The position numbers and the translations under genes are program-made. From Octopus sinensis (Eukaryota), in the NCBI RefSeq assembly GCF_006345805.1, contig NC_042998.1:66092001-66156000 (forward strand): a stretch of 64,000 bases of DNA, written 5' to 3'. The notes under the pieces were generated by a model. That model had not been told where the DNA came from and searched no databases. It saw nothing but the letters and a program-made list of their open reading frames with translations. Of this stretch, positions 42,850 through 55,053 are shown one piece after another. Each line of letters starts with the position of its first letter. The stretch's first letter is position 1.

Positions 42850-45830
42850 TCTCCAAAAATAGTTATACTGTTGGGAGCATCGCAGCTACATGAATAGTAA
42901 AGGTGGATACATATGTTTCTGGTGTGGAAGAAGTGAAGAAGAGCCACACCACACTGGTGGTGGTTTTGCTATCAAAACAGAAATAGCTAGATCCATCCGT
43001 TCTCTACTCGAATGTATCTCTGATCGCATCATGACACTAACACTGGAACTTGATCACAACACTTGTGCTACGGTTGTCAGTTGCTATGCTCCAACCATGA
43101 CCAGCACTGAGCAGGTAAAGGAAAAATTTTACAACCAGCTCCGTGATGTCATCTCCGGTCGTCACTATAGGAGTAAACTAATTCTTATGAGTGATTTTAA
43201 CACGCGTGTTGGTACTGACTAACAGGCATGGGGAGGACTTGGTCGCCATAGTATGCTCTCCATCTGCATGGAATTCAGTCTAAGAATAACAAATACCTTT
43301 TTTACAAAAGCGAAATTCTTGCATGACGACCTGTGTGCATCCTAGATCTAAGAATTGACATCTCAGAGATTATGTTATCACTAAAAATATTAGGGACTTT
43401 AATATGATACATTCCTTTCATAACATCTTCAGTTTCTCCGACCATTCTCTTCTCCGTAGTAAGGCTACGTTCCATCTGAAACAGAAAATTACAAAATTCG
43501 TCAGTTCATAAGCGCATTAATGTTCTGTCCTTGCAAACTACTGAAAATTAGGCTGAGCTTTCTATCAAACTGGTATACTACACTCGACAATGATGACATA
43601 GAAGGATTTAGGAAGTTTCTGCATGATGGAACGCACTCTGCATCTGTAGGGGTCCTTGGACTTCCTGCTTGTAAAATTCCAGATTGGTTCAACGATAACA
43701 AAGCAGATGTTCAACAGTTGATAGATAAAATGCACAGCTATTCCAAAAGATGGATAAATGATAAGAGTTCATCCTCAAAAGAGAATGCCTACAAGAAATG
43801 CAGAGGCCAAGTACAACATGCTCTGAAACAGGTGATAGAGGCTTGGTGGTCTTTCAGGGCTTCTAAACACCAAGAAACTGCAAACAGAAATGATTCTAAA
43901 GCCTTTTATGATGGCTTGGAGAAAGTGTATTGTCCTGAAGTGCACGGTGTTACTGCTATTTGTCATGGAATAGAACGACACTGCTGACTGACAAATCTGA
44001 CATCATGATCATTTTGAAGCCGAGTTGAAATTCCCTTCATTCACTAATGATTGCGACATAATGTCCGTTTAACAGCATACTGAAATATCGGAACTATCTC
44101 TGGAGCCGACCTTCCTGGAAGTGGTAAACTTTATTAAGCAGATTTCTTCTGGTAAATTACCTTGCAGTGATGCTATCCCTTCTGAAATCTACAGACATAG
44201 TGGGCAGAAGCAATTTAAGAAACTGCATGATCTCTTCATAAACATTTGAAAGGTAGGCTGTGTACCACAGGACTTCAAGGATGCCTCAATTCAACATCTG
44301 TATAAGAACAAAGGCGACAGAAGTGTCTGTGATAATTATCGTGGAATGACACTTCTGTCTATTGCTGGTTAGATCCTTGCTCGACTCATTCTTGACAAAA
44401 TCATCAAACACTTTGTAAATGATATCTATCCAGAATCTCAGTGCGGATTTCGCTATGGTTGTTGCACTATCGAAATTATCTTTTCCCTCAGAATGGTCAT
44501 GGAAAAGGTACGTGAGAAAAATCAACAGTTGTTATTCATATTCGCTGACCGTACTAAAGACTTCGACGCTGTTAACCAGCAAGCAATATGGAAAGTTCTG
44601 AACAACCTTTATATACCGGACAATATGTTGAATGTTATCATCTCTTTTCATGAGGGAATGAAGGTTGCTGGCTTGTCCAGTGGGGAATCTTCGGCTTCCT
44701 TCGACGTTACAAGCGACACGAAGCAAGGTTGTGTTATGGCCCTTATTTTATTTGCAATCTTCTTGTCAGTGATGCTGAGGTATGCTTTTGTTGACATACA
44801 AAGACCAATATCATTCGTAATCTGCTTTTTTCAGATGATGCTGCACTAGTAGCGACCTCTGTAGAGGAAGCTCAGGAACTTCTGGACCAGTTTTTCTGCT
44901 GCATGTAAAGGTTTTGGTTTGACCATCAGCATAAAGGAGACGAAAGTAATCAACCAAATTTGCCTTACTCCTAAACAGCTTCGAGGCGTCAATCAGAGGC
45001 CACCGGTTCACAATTTTCCCGCCACTCCTATACAGGTTGATGGGAAAAACCTACGTTTTGTAAAGTCATTTACATATCTTAGAAGTAAAGTGAATTTGAG
45101 TGCTTCCCTGGTGATGAAATCGTCCAACGTCTTGCAAAGGCAACCAATGCATTTGGAAAACTCCATAATCGCCCATAGAATGAAAGAGCATCAAACTTGA
45201 CTCCTATCTTGTATAGCTCAGAATTGTGGATACCCTATAGTCGACTCGTTAACCAACTAGACATTTTCCACAAAGACTGCCTGAAAGCAATCTACGATTA
45301 TTCACTAACAGACAAAGTCTCTAAAAGCTGACTTGTTTAGCAAGCGTAATATTGGTGAAATTGAGAGCTTCCACATATAATCACAATTGTGCTCGGCTGG
45401 CCACATCGTCAGAATGTGTGGCGAAAGAATACCCAAACACCCAGCTTGAGAGTGAGCACAGGAATGTTGGGCGACCATAGCTCAGATATAAAGAAAAGCT
45501 GAAGAGTAATCTCTTCGAGATAAAGATGGCTCAAATCACCTTTAAGTGAGTAGCATCGGAACGAACAAAATGGAAATTATTGTCTCAAAATGGTATGATA
45601 AACTTTGTTGCAAGTTGCATTAACAGGTTTTGGGTGCAAAGCAAATGATAAGAGGGGCTGCAAATATATCACATGCACTGATCTGTAGTGGTCATACTTG
45701 CAATATCTGTGGCCTTCTTTGCACCTTGTTGACCGGATTAAATGTTACATTCGACATAAGCATTATGGCTGACAAAGAAAGAGTCCGTTGTCGAAGCGTC
45801 ATACGTCGAAACCGACGACAGAGTCCATCA
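42850..45830 (+). mobile_element. Degenerate RTE-clade LINE (APE endonuclease + RT)
   Basis: ORF 42890-43222 GGGFAI..SDRIM..VVSCYAPT..KEKFY..LILMSDFNTRVG (APE); YKNKGDRSVCDNYRG, ESQCGFR, KQGCV, FSDDAAL (RT); many stops and frameshifts; putative 3' stem-loop gttgtcg/cgacgac at 45787-45819. Confidence 0.9.
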
Positions 45831-45844
45831 AATATATATATATA

Positions 45845-46198
45845 TTCGATTTGTTTTTTGCTCTGCCTCTGTTCTGTTTTTGTTTTTCCAACGGATTCCT
45901 TTTTTCTTCCTGAAGAGAAAGACACAATATGGTCCCATATTCAATCGGATTTGGTAATTTGTGCCTTTCGAAACACGTGTAGAATGAAATAAAACGATTT
46001 CTGTTCAATCTGCGTTCAGCTCCATTTCTTCAATTCACCAATAATGTTTTAATTTCAATTATCCGCACCAACGCACGGTTGCAACGCCAGATGGTTGTAC
46101 CTCCAACCGTGCTGTTCACTGCTGTGATTTTTGCTACTAAGGTATCGGTTAAACTTTTGATTAATCTACTACAAGATTATTCATCTTTCTATTTCACA
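45845..46198 (+). mobile_element. Short hammerhead-bearing element, family Y copy 1
   Basis: Homologous to 50430-50730 (inverted) and 50857-51010; flanked by (TA)n. Confidence 0.85.
45902..45989 (+). ncRNA. Type I hammerhead ribozyme (family Y)
   Basis: ttttcttc-CTGAAGA(45910-16)-gaaag.cacaa...ttgtg.ctttc-GAAAC-ACGT-GTA(45979-81)-gaatgaaa; palindromic stem III ACACGTGT. Confidence 0.85.
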
Positions 46199-46725
46199 TA
46201 ATATATATATATATATATATGTAACAATTTAGCCAGGTGTTAAATAACCACCTTCAGGGGATATTAAATATCCGAAGAACTTGTTTTTTTTTTACCTATA
46301 TGAATAACAATGTTATGAACTATCGCTCTTAACAAATAGGTAAATAAATAAAATAAATATAGAGTTTATCAATATAAAAATATAAATTAGAAATGGAAAC
46401 CTAAACAATAACTTGAATAATTAAATAATTTAATCATTAAATGATAAATTCAATTCAATTCAATTTTAATATTTTATGCAAACAAATGATACATCTCATA
46501 AATTACAGCTGTTTGAACTCCAATAATAAAAAAAAATTTTTCAGGAATAATAAATACCGTTTAAATATAATGAGATTTCAGCAGATCGACATACCTTCTT
46601 AAATATCTCATGAAATATTTTTTGTATGAAATAGGAAAATTTGAATTGAATTTATCATTTAATGATTAAATTTTTAATTGTTCAATTAATAGTTTTGGTT
46701 TCCGCTTCTAATTTATGTGTGTGTT

Positions 46726-46824
<99 letters not shown>

Positions 46825-46826
46825 TT

Positions 46827-46857
<31 letters not shown>

Positions 46858-46859
46858 AT

Positions 46860-47392
46860 GGGACAAAAACACAAACATCCAGAGAGACGATACAAATAAA
46901 ACAAGGACAGGTCATTCGAAATTATTTTTTATCAGTCAAGCACCAGATTATCCTCGCAATTACGACTGATTATTCTTGAGATTGTTCCAATCTGGCCAGC
47001 CTCAAGGAAAAACTAAGCGAAGAGCATTAGTTTCCTTGGAAAAAAGCTTCGAATGTATACAAAAACAAAGACGGAGAAATACAATTAAAAAATACAATAC
47101 TAATAACAACAGGACATAGTAACAGGTGTCTTTCGACTAAGGACGCATTGAATTAAGCTAGCGTGTGTGAAAATGAACCTTTGTTTTTGTATAGATAAGC
47201 TGTTTTCTTCCAAAGAATCTAATGCTCTTAGCTTAGTTTTTCCTTCGGGTGGCCAGATTGGAGGATTCTCAAGTTTAATCAGCCGAAATTACGAGGATAA
47301 TCTGGTACTTGACTGAAGAACAAAGACTTCGAATGACCCCTTCTTGTTTTCTTTGTATCGTCTATGTGGATGTTTTGCTGTCCCTTTTTCTA
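46860..47392. repeat. Fold-back element with ~190-bp imperfect inverted repeats (MITE-like)
   Basis: 46860-47050 matches the reverse complement of 47197-47392 (e.g. CCAGATTATCCTCG, CCAATCTGGCCA, AAGGAAAAACTAAGC). Confidence 0.85.
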
Positions 47393-47538
47393 TCACTTAG
47401 CTGTCCGAATGTTTTGCTTTCTTGTCCCATGTTGTATATATATATATATAATAATAAATATTAGGGAATAAATCCAAATTTACAAGGAAAAATCAGATTT
47501 AAGATTGAATCCAATTTTATAATAAAATATTATATTAT

Positions 47539-47867
47539 ATCAAATTAGAGACAAAACCACTATTATGCAAATCAAACAAAGAAAGACTTAACCCAATACA
47601 TAAAATAATTTATATAAATTAAAATTTAACATATGAATAACCACACACATAAATTATGAACTTAATTTAAAACTTAATTTAAAACTTAATTTAAAACTCG
47701 CTAAGAAGGTTTTGAAACCACCTGAAGAATGTCTAAGATGTGCTGACACGAAACGATCGTAGTGGTTATTCATATGTTAAATTTTAATTTATATAAATTA
47801 TTTTATGTATTGGCTTAAGTCTTTCTTTGTTTGATTTGCATAATAGTGGTTTTGTCTCTAATTTGAT

Positions 47868-47868
<1 letters not shown>
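47539..47868. repeat. ~106-bp near-perfect inverted repeat enclosing a hammerhead
   Basis: 47539-47644 is the reverse complement of 47762-47868; I counted one mismatch. Confidence 0.9.
47716..47767 (+). ncRNA. Minimal type I hammerhead ribozyme (family Z)
   Basis: aaccac-CTGAAGA(47722-28)-a.tgtc(taagatgtgct)gaca.c-GAAAC-GATC-GTA(47759-61)-gtggtt; palindromic stem III ACGATCGT; A-C mismatch at the base of stem II. Confidence 0.82.
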
Positions 47869-47904
<36 letters not shown>

Positions 47905-47921
47905 GCGTCCGTGCACTTTGT

Positions 47922-47952
<31 letters not shown>

Positions 47953-50304
47953 ATATATATAATTGTGTAATGTATGATTGCATACATCAAAAAGGAAAAT
48001 TGATGAGTTGTTTCACCAGTGACAAGAAATTGTGAGCCTAAATTTGTTCACCCCTAGCTGTCGTAGAAGTACGACAATATCGTAAAATTATGCAATACGT
48101 AATAGGGCCCTGGAGTCAATTCCTTGTAGAAATTAACCTCGTATCATTGATTAACAAATATTACTCTTATATTAAGACATCCATTTGTATCTTTATCAAC
48201 ACAATGTATAAGGAAATTCCAGTAACATTCCAACTAAGTTAGTATTATAAAGACTGACAAGAGAAAATTATTGCCGACGAATAAAAATGATAAAATAGAA
48301 ACCCTACTTTTCATTGACGAATTATAGGTCCCTATGCTGTGAAAAGAATGTACTTTGAGGAATTTATTATCTGTCACACTGACAGAAGACATTTTGCATG
48401 CCATATAAACCTTGAAGAATATTCATTAAATAACCTCTAAGCCAACTTAATAACTACTTGTTTCACTGAGACATAAAGAACAAAAGAATATACTTGCCAT
48501 TTATTTGCAAGATGAGTGTTAATATTAACTGTGCGAGCATTTAATGTACTCTGCTGAAGAAACCAGTAACCCATAGAAAGCAATCTATATTTCCTGTAGT
48601 TTTTTTACATTGTTGCGTGTGATTCATTGTTGTATATCTTTAATTATGTGACACAAGTATGCATACATTTCTGTCGTTGAGACTGGAATTTTGCAAAAAC
48701 AAAAAAAGCTTGTGGAGGATCACAGGCTTAATAAATATTTATTTTGGCTAGTTCGACTTTTCAAAACACTGTATTTTAAATTTTCTCTTGAAATTTCAAT
48801 CAAGGCAGAAACATGGTTTATCCTGTTACACTATTTCTGCTGCGATCCAATGGTATAATATTGTATGACATAATATGATTTCGTTGTAAATTTATCTCTA
48901 CAGATTTTCTATAGAAATTAGAGCCAGGACTGATATATCACAATATTTCATAACAAAAAATAGTGTCTTATAAGCCTTTGATATACTTGGTAGTATATCA
49001 TAGTGGCATAACGAAATTCTCTGCACTTATTAGAAATAAACAATATGAATAGTACTAAATGCTGAGAGGAGAAGTAATCCTTTTAATATGAAGAGCTACT
49101 CAGACCAGGCTAACCATTCCACATCCTTATACATAGTTCACCTTCCATGTTAAATCTGAGGCTGAAAATCCCTTGAGCAAGAGTGTTACCAATTCTCGTT
49201 TCATTCGTAATCTAGAATCTAATATTCCAACCCATTCATTTCATCTGAACATGTGAAAAGGGCACACATTAGGTTTATCAGTTGACTTTCAGAATGATGA
49301 AATGCAATGCTGTGTAATTATTGATAATTTAAAAAATCTATTCCTTACAACTACAGGGTAACAAGAAAAAACGTTTAACTATCAGATTATATGTGGTATA
49401 TTTAAGCATAAACAAGAATATATTTATAATCGTACAAACGCACGTACACAGACACACTCTCAAAGACACTTGAATACGATTTTGTGTATGTATGATTATC
49501 TTGTGATTAAGAGCCTGGGTGTATATGTGTTTATGTCTATAATTGTGAATTGGAATGAATACACCAATCTCAAATAGATTTCATTGAAACTTAACATCCA
49601 GTGTATTATTTCCTTCATTAAACTGATTTTGTTAAACATATTAAACAAAGTGGAAGCTAAAAATCCTATTAACAGATATAGACCGTCTTATATATTTTTA
49701 TAGGAATACTGTATTTGTTCTTTTGTTAGTTCCTTTCTCTTTTTTGAGGTTTTTTTTTTATATATATACATAGTCAATATTATTAGTGAAGTAACATGGA
49801 AATCACTTCATCTTCTGAATAACAGATTCCAGTATGTTAGAAGGTTCCTTTACCCATTTCTTTAAACTCTGATAATATCTTTCTTTTTTCTTAATTCAAA
49901 ACGGAATGGAACTTATTGTGACTACTCTCGAGAATTTTCGATTTCTCTGTGGTTTTATATAAGTAGTAGTAAAATATTTTGGAATATGTTCGACAGTTTT
50001 ACTTAAATGTGAAATGTTCTTTTGATGCCCATATGAAATTTACATACATAAATCGATCGATAGAAATATAGATATAGATATAGATATACTCATACAAACA
50101 CACTCATATATATATATATGTATATATATATATTATATATATATGCGTGTGCGTGTGTGTGTATGTGTATGCTGGTGAGTGCTTGTGTGTGCGTGTGTGT
50201 GTCCAAGTTTGTGTAAAACGTGGTATACCGAAGCATCAATTGGACCTCTGATCATCAATTTATAATATCCCTCTATCTCCCTTACACTTTTTCTTTCTCT
50301 CTGT

Positions 50305-50354
<50 letters not shown>

Positions 50355-50390
50355 TATATAGATTACACACACACACACACACACACACAC

Positions 50391-50429
<39 letters not shown>

Positions 50430-50432
<3 letters not shown>

Positions 50433-50730
50433 GAAATAGAAAGATGAATAATCTTATTGCAGATTAATCAAAAGTTAACCGATACCTTGGTAGCAAAAAT
50501 CACAGCAGAAGACAGCACGGTTGGAGGTACAACCATATGGTGTTGCAACCATGCGTTGGTGCGGATAATTGAATTTTAATATTATTAGGGAATTGAAGAA
50601 ATGTAGTTGAACGAAGATTGAACAGAAATCGTTTTATTGCATTCTACACGTGTTTCAAAAGCCACAATTTGCCAAATTCCAATTGAATAAGGAGACCATA
50701 TTGTGTATTTCTCTTCAGGAAGAAATAGGA
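50430..50730 (-). mobile_element. Family Y copy 2, hammerhead at ~50640-50725
   Basis: Reverse complement of 45895-46198 with the same terminus (CTTTCTATTTCACA) before (TA)n; core CTGAAGA..GAAACACGTGTA retained. Confidence 0.85.
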
Positions 50731-50856
50731 AGCCGCGAACACTTTGAAGCCGCGAACAGTTCACTGACAAAACTTCGCACTGCATCTGACCATGTAACAG
50801 TGAGTTCGCGATATATATGTGTTTATATATGTATATATGTACGCATGTGCCCATGT

Positions 50857-51005
50857 ACGGATTTCCTATTTCTTCCTGAAGAGAAAGACTCAATATGGTC
50901 TCCTTATTCAATCGGAATTTGGTAAATTGTGGCTTTCGAAACACGTGTAGAATGCAATTAAAACGATTCTGTTCAATCTTCGTTCAACTCCATTTCTTCA
51001 ATTCA

Positions 51006-51010
<5 letters not shown>
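50857..51010 (+). mobile_element. Family Y copy 3 (truncated), hammerhead at ~50868-50955
   Basis: CTGAAGA 50876-82, gaaag/ctttc stem II, GAAAC ACGT GTA 50938-49. Confidence 0.85.
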
Positions 51011-51097
<87 letters not shown>

Positions 51098-51637
51098 CGT
51101 GTTGGGATTTATTTTTCAAAATTCTGTATGTAAGTTCGTGTATTGAAGCATATCAATCGTCACATATGTATATGTCTGTGTATATGTGTGTGTGTAGTTA
51201 ATAACGTACCGCTACGTTATATGTGTGTGTGTGGTGTGTGTTTGCGTGTGTCTGCAGATGTAATAACGTCCCTAACACGAAAATACACACACACACAGAA
51301 ATAGAAACACACATACATTTATATACTCTCACAGACAGATGTACAGCCATATACAAAATGTGATACCGTTGTCGTCATGGTATAAAATGTCCTGTAGTCA
51401 ATAATGGTTTTGCAGCATGTAATTAGTTTGTAACCCATTGAAGAACACATTTCATTTGTGTCAAAACATTATCTTCACTTTGAAGCCGCGAACAGTTCAC
51501 TGACAAAACTTCGCACTGCATCTGAGCATGTAACAGTGAGTTCGCGATATATGTGTTTATATATGTATATATGTACGCATGTACCCATATCCGTAAGTGA
51601 GCATACCATGCGGATGGCGACTGCTACCTATCACACA

Positions 51638-52090
<453 letters not shown>

Positions 52091-52147
52091 GGAGATGTAC
52101 TTGCAAAGCGAGTAACTTGATCTAAGATCGCATGCTGGAACGAAAAA

Positions 52148-52315
52148 AATTGCAGCTTGGAAGGTGTTTATAAACCATTTAAGAAACACATTGTCATTGA
52201 ACAGGTCGCGCTCTCAAAGCGACCAAAATATTGACAAATTAAATTTATATGTTGAAGTGAATCTAACGGTTTTGAGTGTTTCTTAAATTGCTTATAAACA
52301 CCTTCCAACTGCAAT

Positions 52316-52316
<1 letters not shown>
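52148..52316. mobile_element. MITE-like element with ~42-bp terminal inverted repeats
   Basis: AATTGCAGCTTGGAAGGTGTTTATAAACCATTTAAGAAACAC (52148-89) vs GTGTTTCTTAAATTGCTTATAAACACCTTCCAACTGCAATT (52276-316). Confidence 0.75.
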
Positions 52317-52350
<34 letters not shown>

Positions 52351-52403
52351 ATGTGTGTGTGTATATATATATATATCTGTATACACATATGTATATGAAT
52401 GCA

Positions 52404-52486
<83 letters not shown>

Positions 52487-52869
52487 AACTATTTGCTAAA
52501 TTATAGTGGCAGCCCTGGTTTGAAGCAATATATAGCTAGCTGAAGACGATGATTTCTGGGTCCAAATAAGAGTAGCATTCGTCCTATCTATTGCTGCCCC
52601 GTAATGCTGCCAAATTATGCTTACTCTAGGGTATTGTTACTGAATGTCACTCGTTTAAAATTTTGCGGGTTCATAGGATTATGCTCAAGGTGGCTTCGTC
52701 ATTCATACGTGCCATCCTTGTTACATTCACCCATCTTTCCTTGAAACATTCGCTAGACAAAACTTGCCTCTGTACTCTCACTTTCCTTTTCAAATGATAC
52801 TTGAAAAACTTGATGAGAGATTGACCAGAAAGGAAAGTGTTGTCTCCAATCCTTTCAGACGCGTCCACC

Positions 52870-52913
<44 letters not shown>

Positions 52914-53004
52914 CATTTATTCCGTCAGAGTTGTTCAAAAACCGAGGTACAACACACTATACACACACAAACACACACATACACAGACTTTTACATATAT
53001 ATAC

Positions 53005-53047
<43 letters not shown>

Positions 53048-54297
53048 CATACATACATACATACATACATACATACATACATACATACAAACATACATAC
53101 ATACATACATGCATAAACCGTAGGATTCGATGTCGTCGGCCTATCCACTGCCTCAAACTTCCTGGCACTACCAAAATTTGAAACCAATTCCTGGGATGTA
53201 TGCAATTTTCTAGTTTTATATTTTCCTGTTTTCCTCTTCTTAGCTTTTGTACAGCTGGTTTGAAGGTTTCTTACAATCTCTGTTTTCGATGTGCAAGCTC
53301 TTTTAAATGGAAATATGATTATAAAAAATTGCGACGGTGATTATTGTGCTATCCAACTCATTTTTTAAAAATACACTTTCTTTCTCTCAAAGAACCATCA
53401 TTCTCTCTCAATTGCGCCGTCCACTTGCTCAGACTTTCACCCACTCATGAAACACACATTCTAATAGATCATATAGCTCATAAATTTTAAGAAGGGGAGA
53501 CACTAAGAACAATTTACAGACTAACACACCAGCTGCTTGATAGATTGGTGAAATAACTAGAGACGTAATCGATAATTTAATTCGTTAATTGGTTATGAAT
53601 TTCACTAATATTTATAAAGCTGTGAAATAGAACTAGCAGTGACGTTTCTTGTAGGCCAATAATTTTGATTATGTGCCATAATAGTCAGAAGTGACACAGA
53701 ATTAAACATAATGACAGAAACAATAGCACTTCCTCGTCGACACGATTCAGAAACCCGTATGTGTTTGATAGATTTGATAAATACAGCCACCGAATTTATT
53801 TTATATCCAATCTTAGAGTATTTTATAGAAAATATACGTTCGATAATGTGGCCATTTATGTAAAGGAAGAACACTTAGTTATCGCTTTCCTGGTATCATA
53901 TGTATTTTCCATAAGTGTACGTGTTAGATTAACAAGGTAATATTGTTTTGTATACCATCTGAACGCAAATAAAATGAAATAAATATCAATCCAATTATAT
54001 ACCTTAAATTATATGCAAGGAAATATTATGTTCCCTATTCCACAATCGTGGCCATCAAAAAGTTCGTCAGTATTGCAATTTCAATATTTTTCTGTCTAAT
54101 CACATATACATGAAGTATATTTATTATCTTCCGAGAAGCCAGCGGCTAATCGAGCCATATGTTGATGTTTTCACTTAATCATGCGGATTAATTACAATAC
54201 TTCATCAGCTAAATGGATTTAGGTCATATTTTCATTACTCGTGCAATGAAAAATAGTTTGCAGAGACAAAATAACACTACTCAGTAATATCGAAGAA

Positions 54298-54353
54298 GTA
54301 ATAGTAATAGTAATAACAACAACAACAACAACAACAAGAGCAACAATAATAAC

Positions 54354-54415
<62 letters not shown>

Positions 54416-54488
54416 CAACAACAACAACAATAATAATAATAATAATAATAATAATATAATAATAATAAAATAATAATAATAATAACAA
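54298..54488. repeat. (AAT)/(AAC)n microsatellite
   Basis: Direct inspection. Confidence 0.95.
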
Positions 54489-54955
54489 TGTAAAATAAAT
54501 AAAAATCTCGTTTTCTTTTAGTGCTACTCAAAATTTCATTATTGCTGCTGTTTTTTTTATTTAAAAATTCATGACCATCAACATCATGATCATCTTCATA
54601 GTTATCATCTTCATCATTATTATTGTTTTATTAATATCATTATCATCATTATTATTAATGCTATTATTATTACTATAATTATTATAATCATTAACGTTAT
54701 TAACGTCATCGTCGTCGTCATCATCATCATCATCATCATCATCCTTGTCATGATTTATTATTACTTTGATTAACATATTGTTAACGAAACCTTTCCAGAC
54801 AACTCCTCTAGCTATACTTTGAAACATGCCATGCGATAGACATTTCGCAATAAACATATTCTATCTATATGAAAGTTTTCTTAAGAGAAACAAAAAAGGC
54901 ATAACTTTCTTATAAGTAACATGTGATATATACAAGTACATGAATACAACACACA

Positions 54956-55053
<98 letters not shown>

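Noticed and set aside
53605-53874. 89-aa minus-strand ORF
   Set aside because: No motif or clear exon boundaries that I could support.
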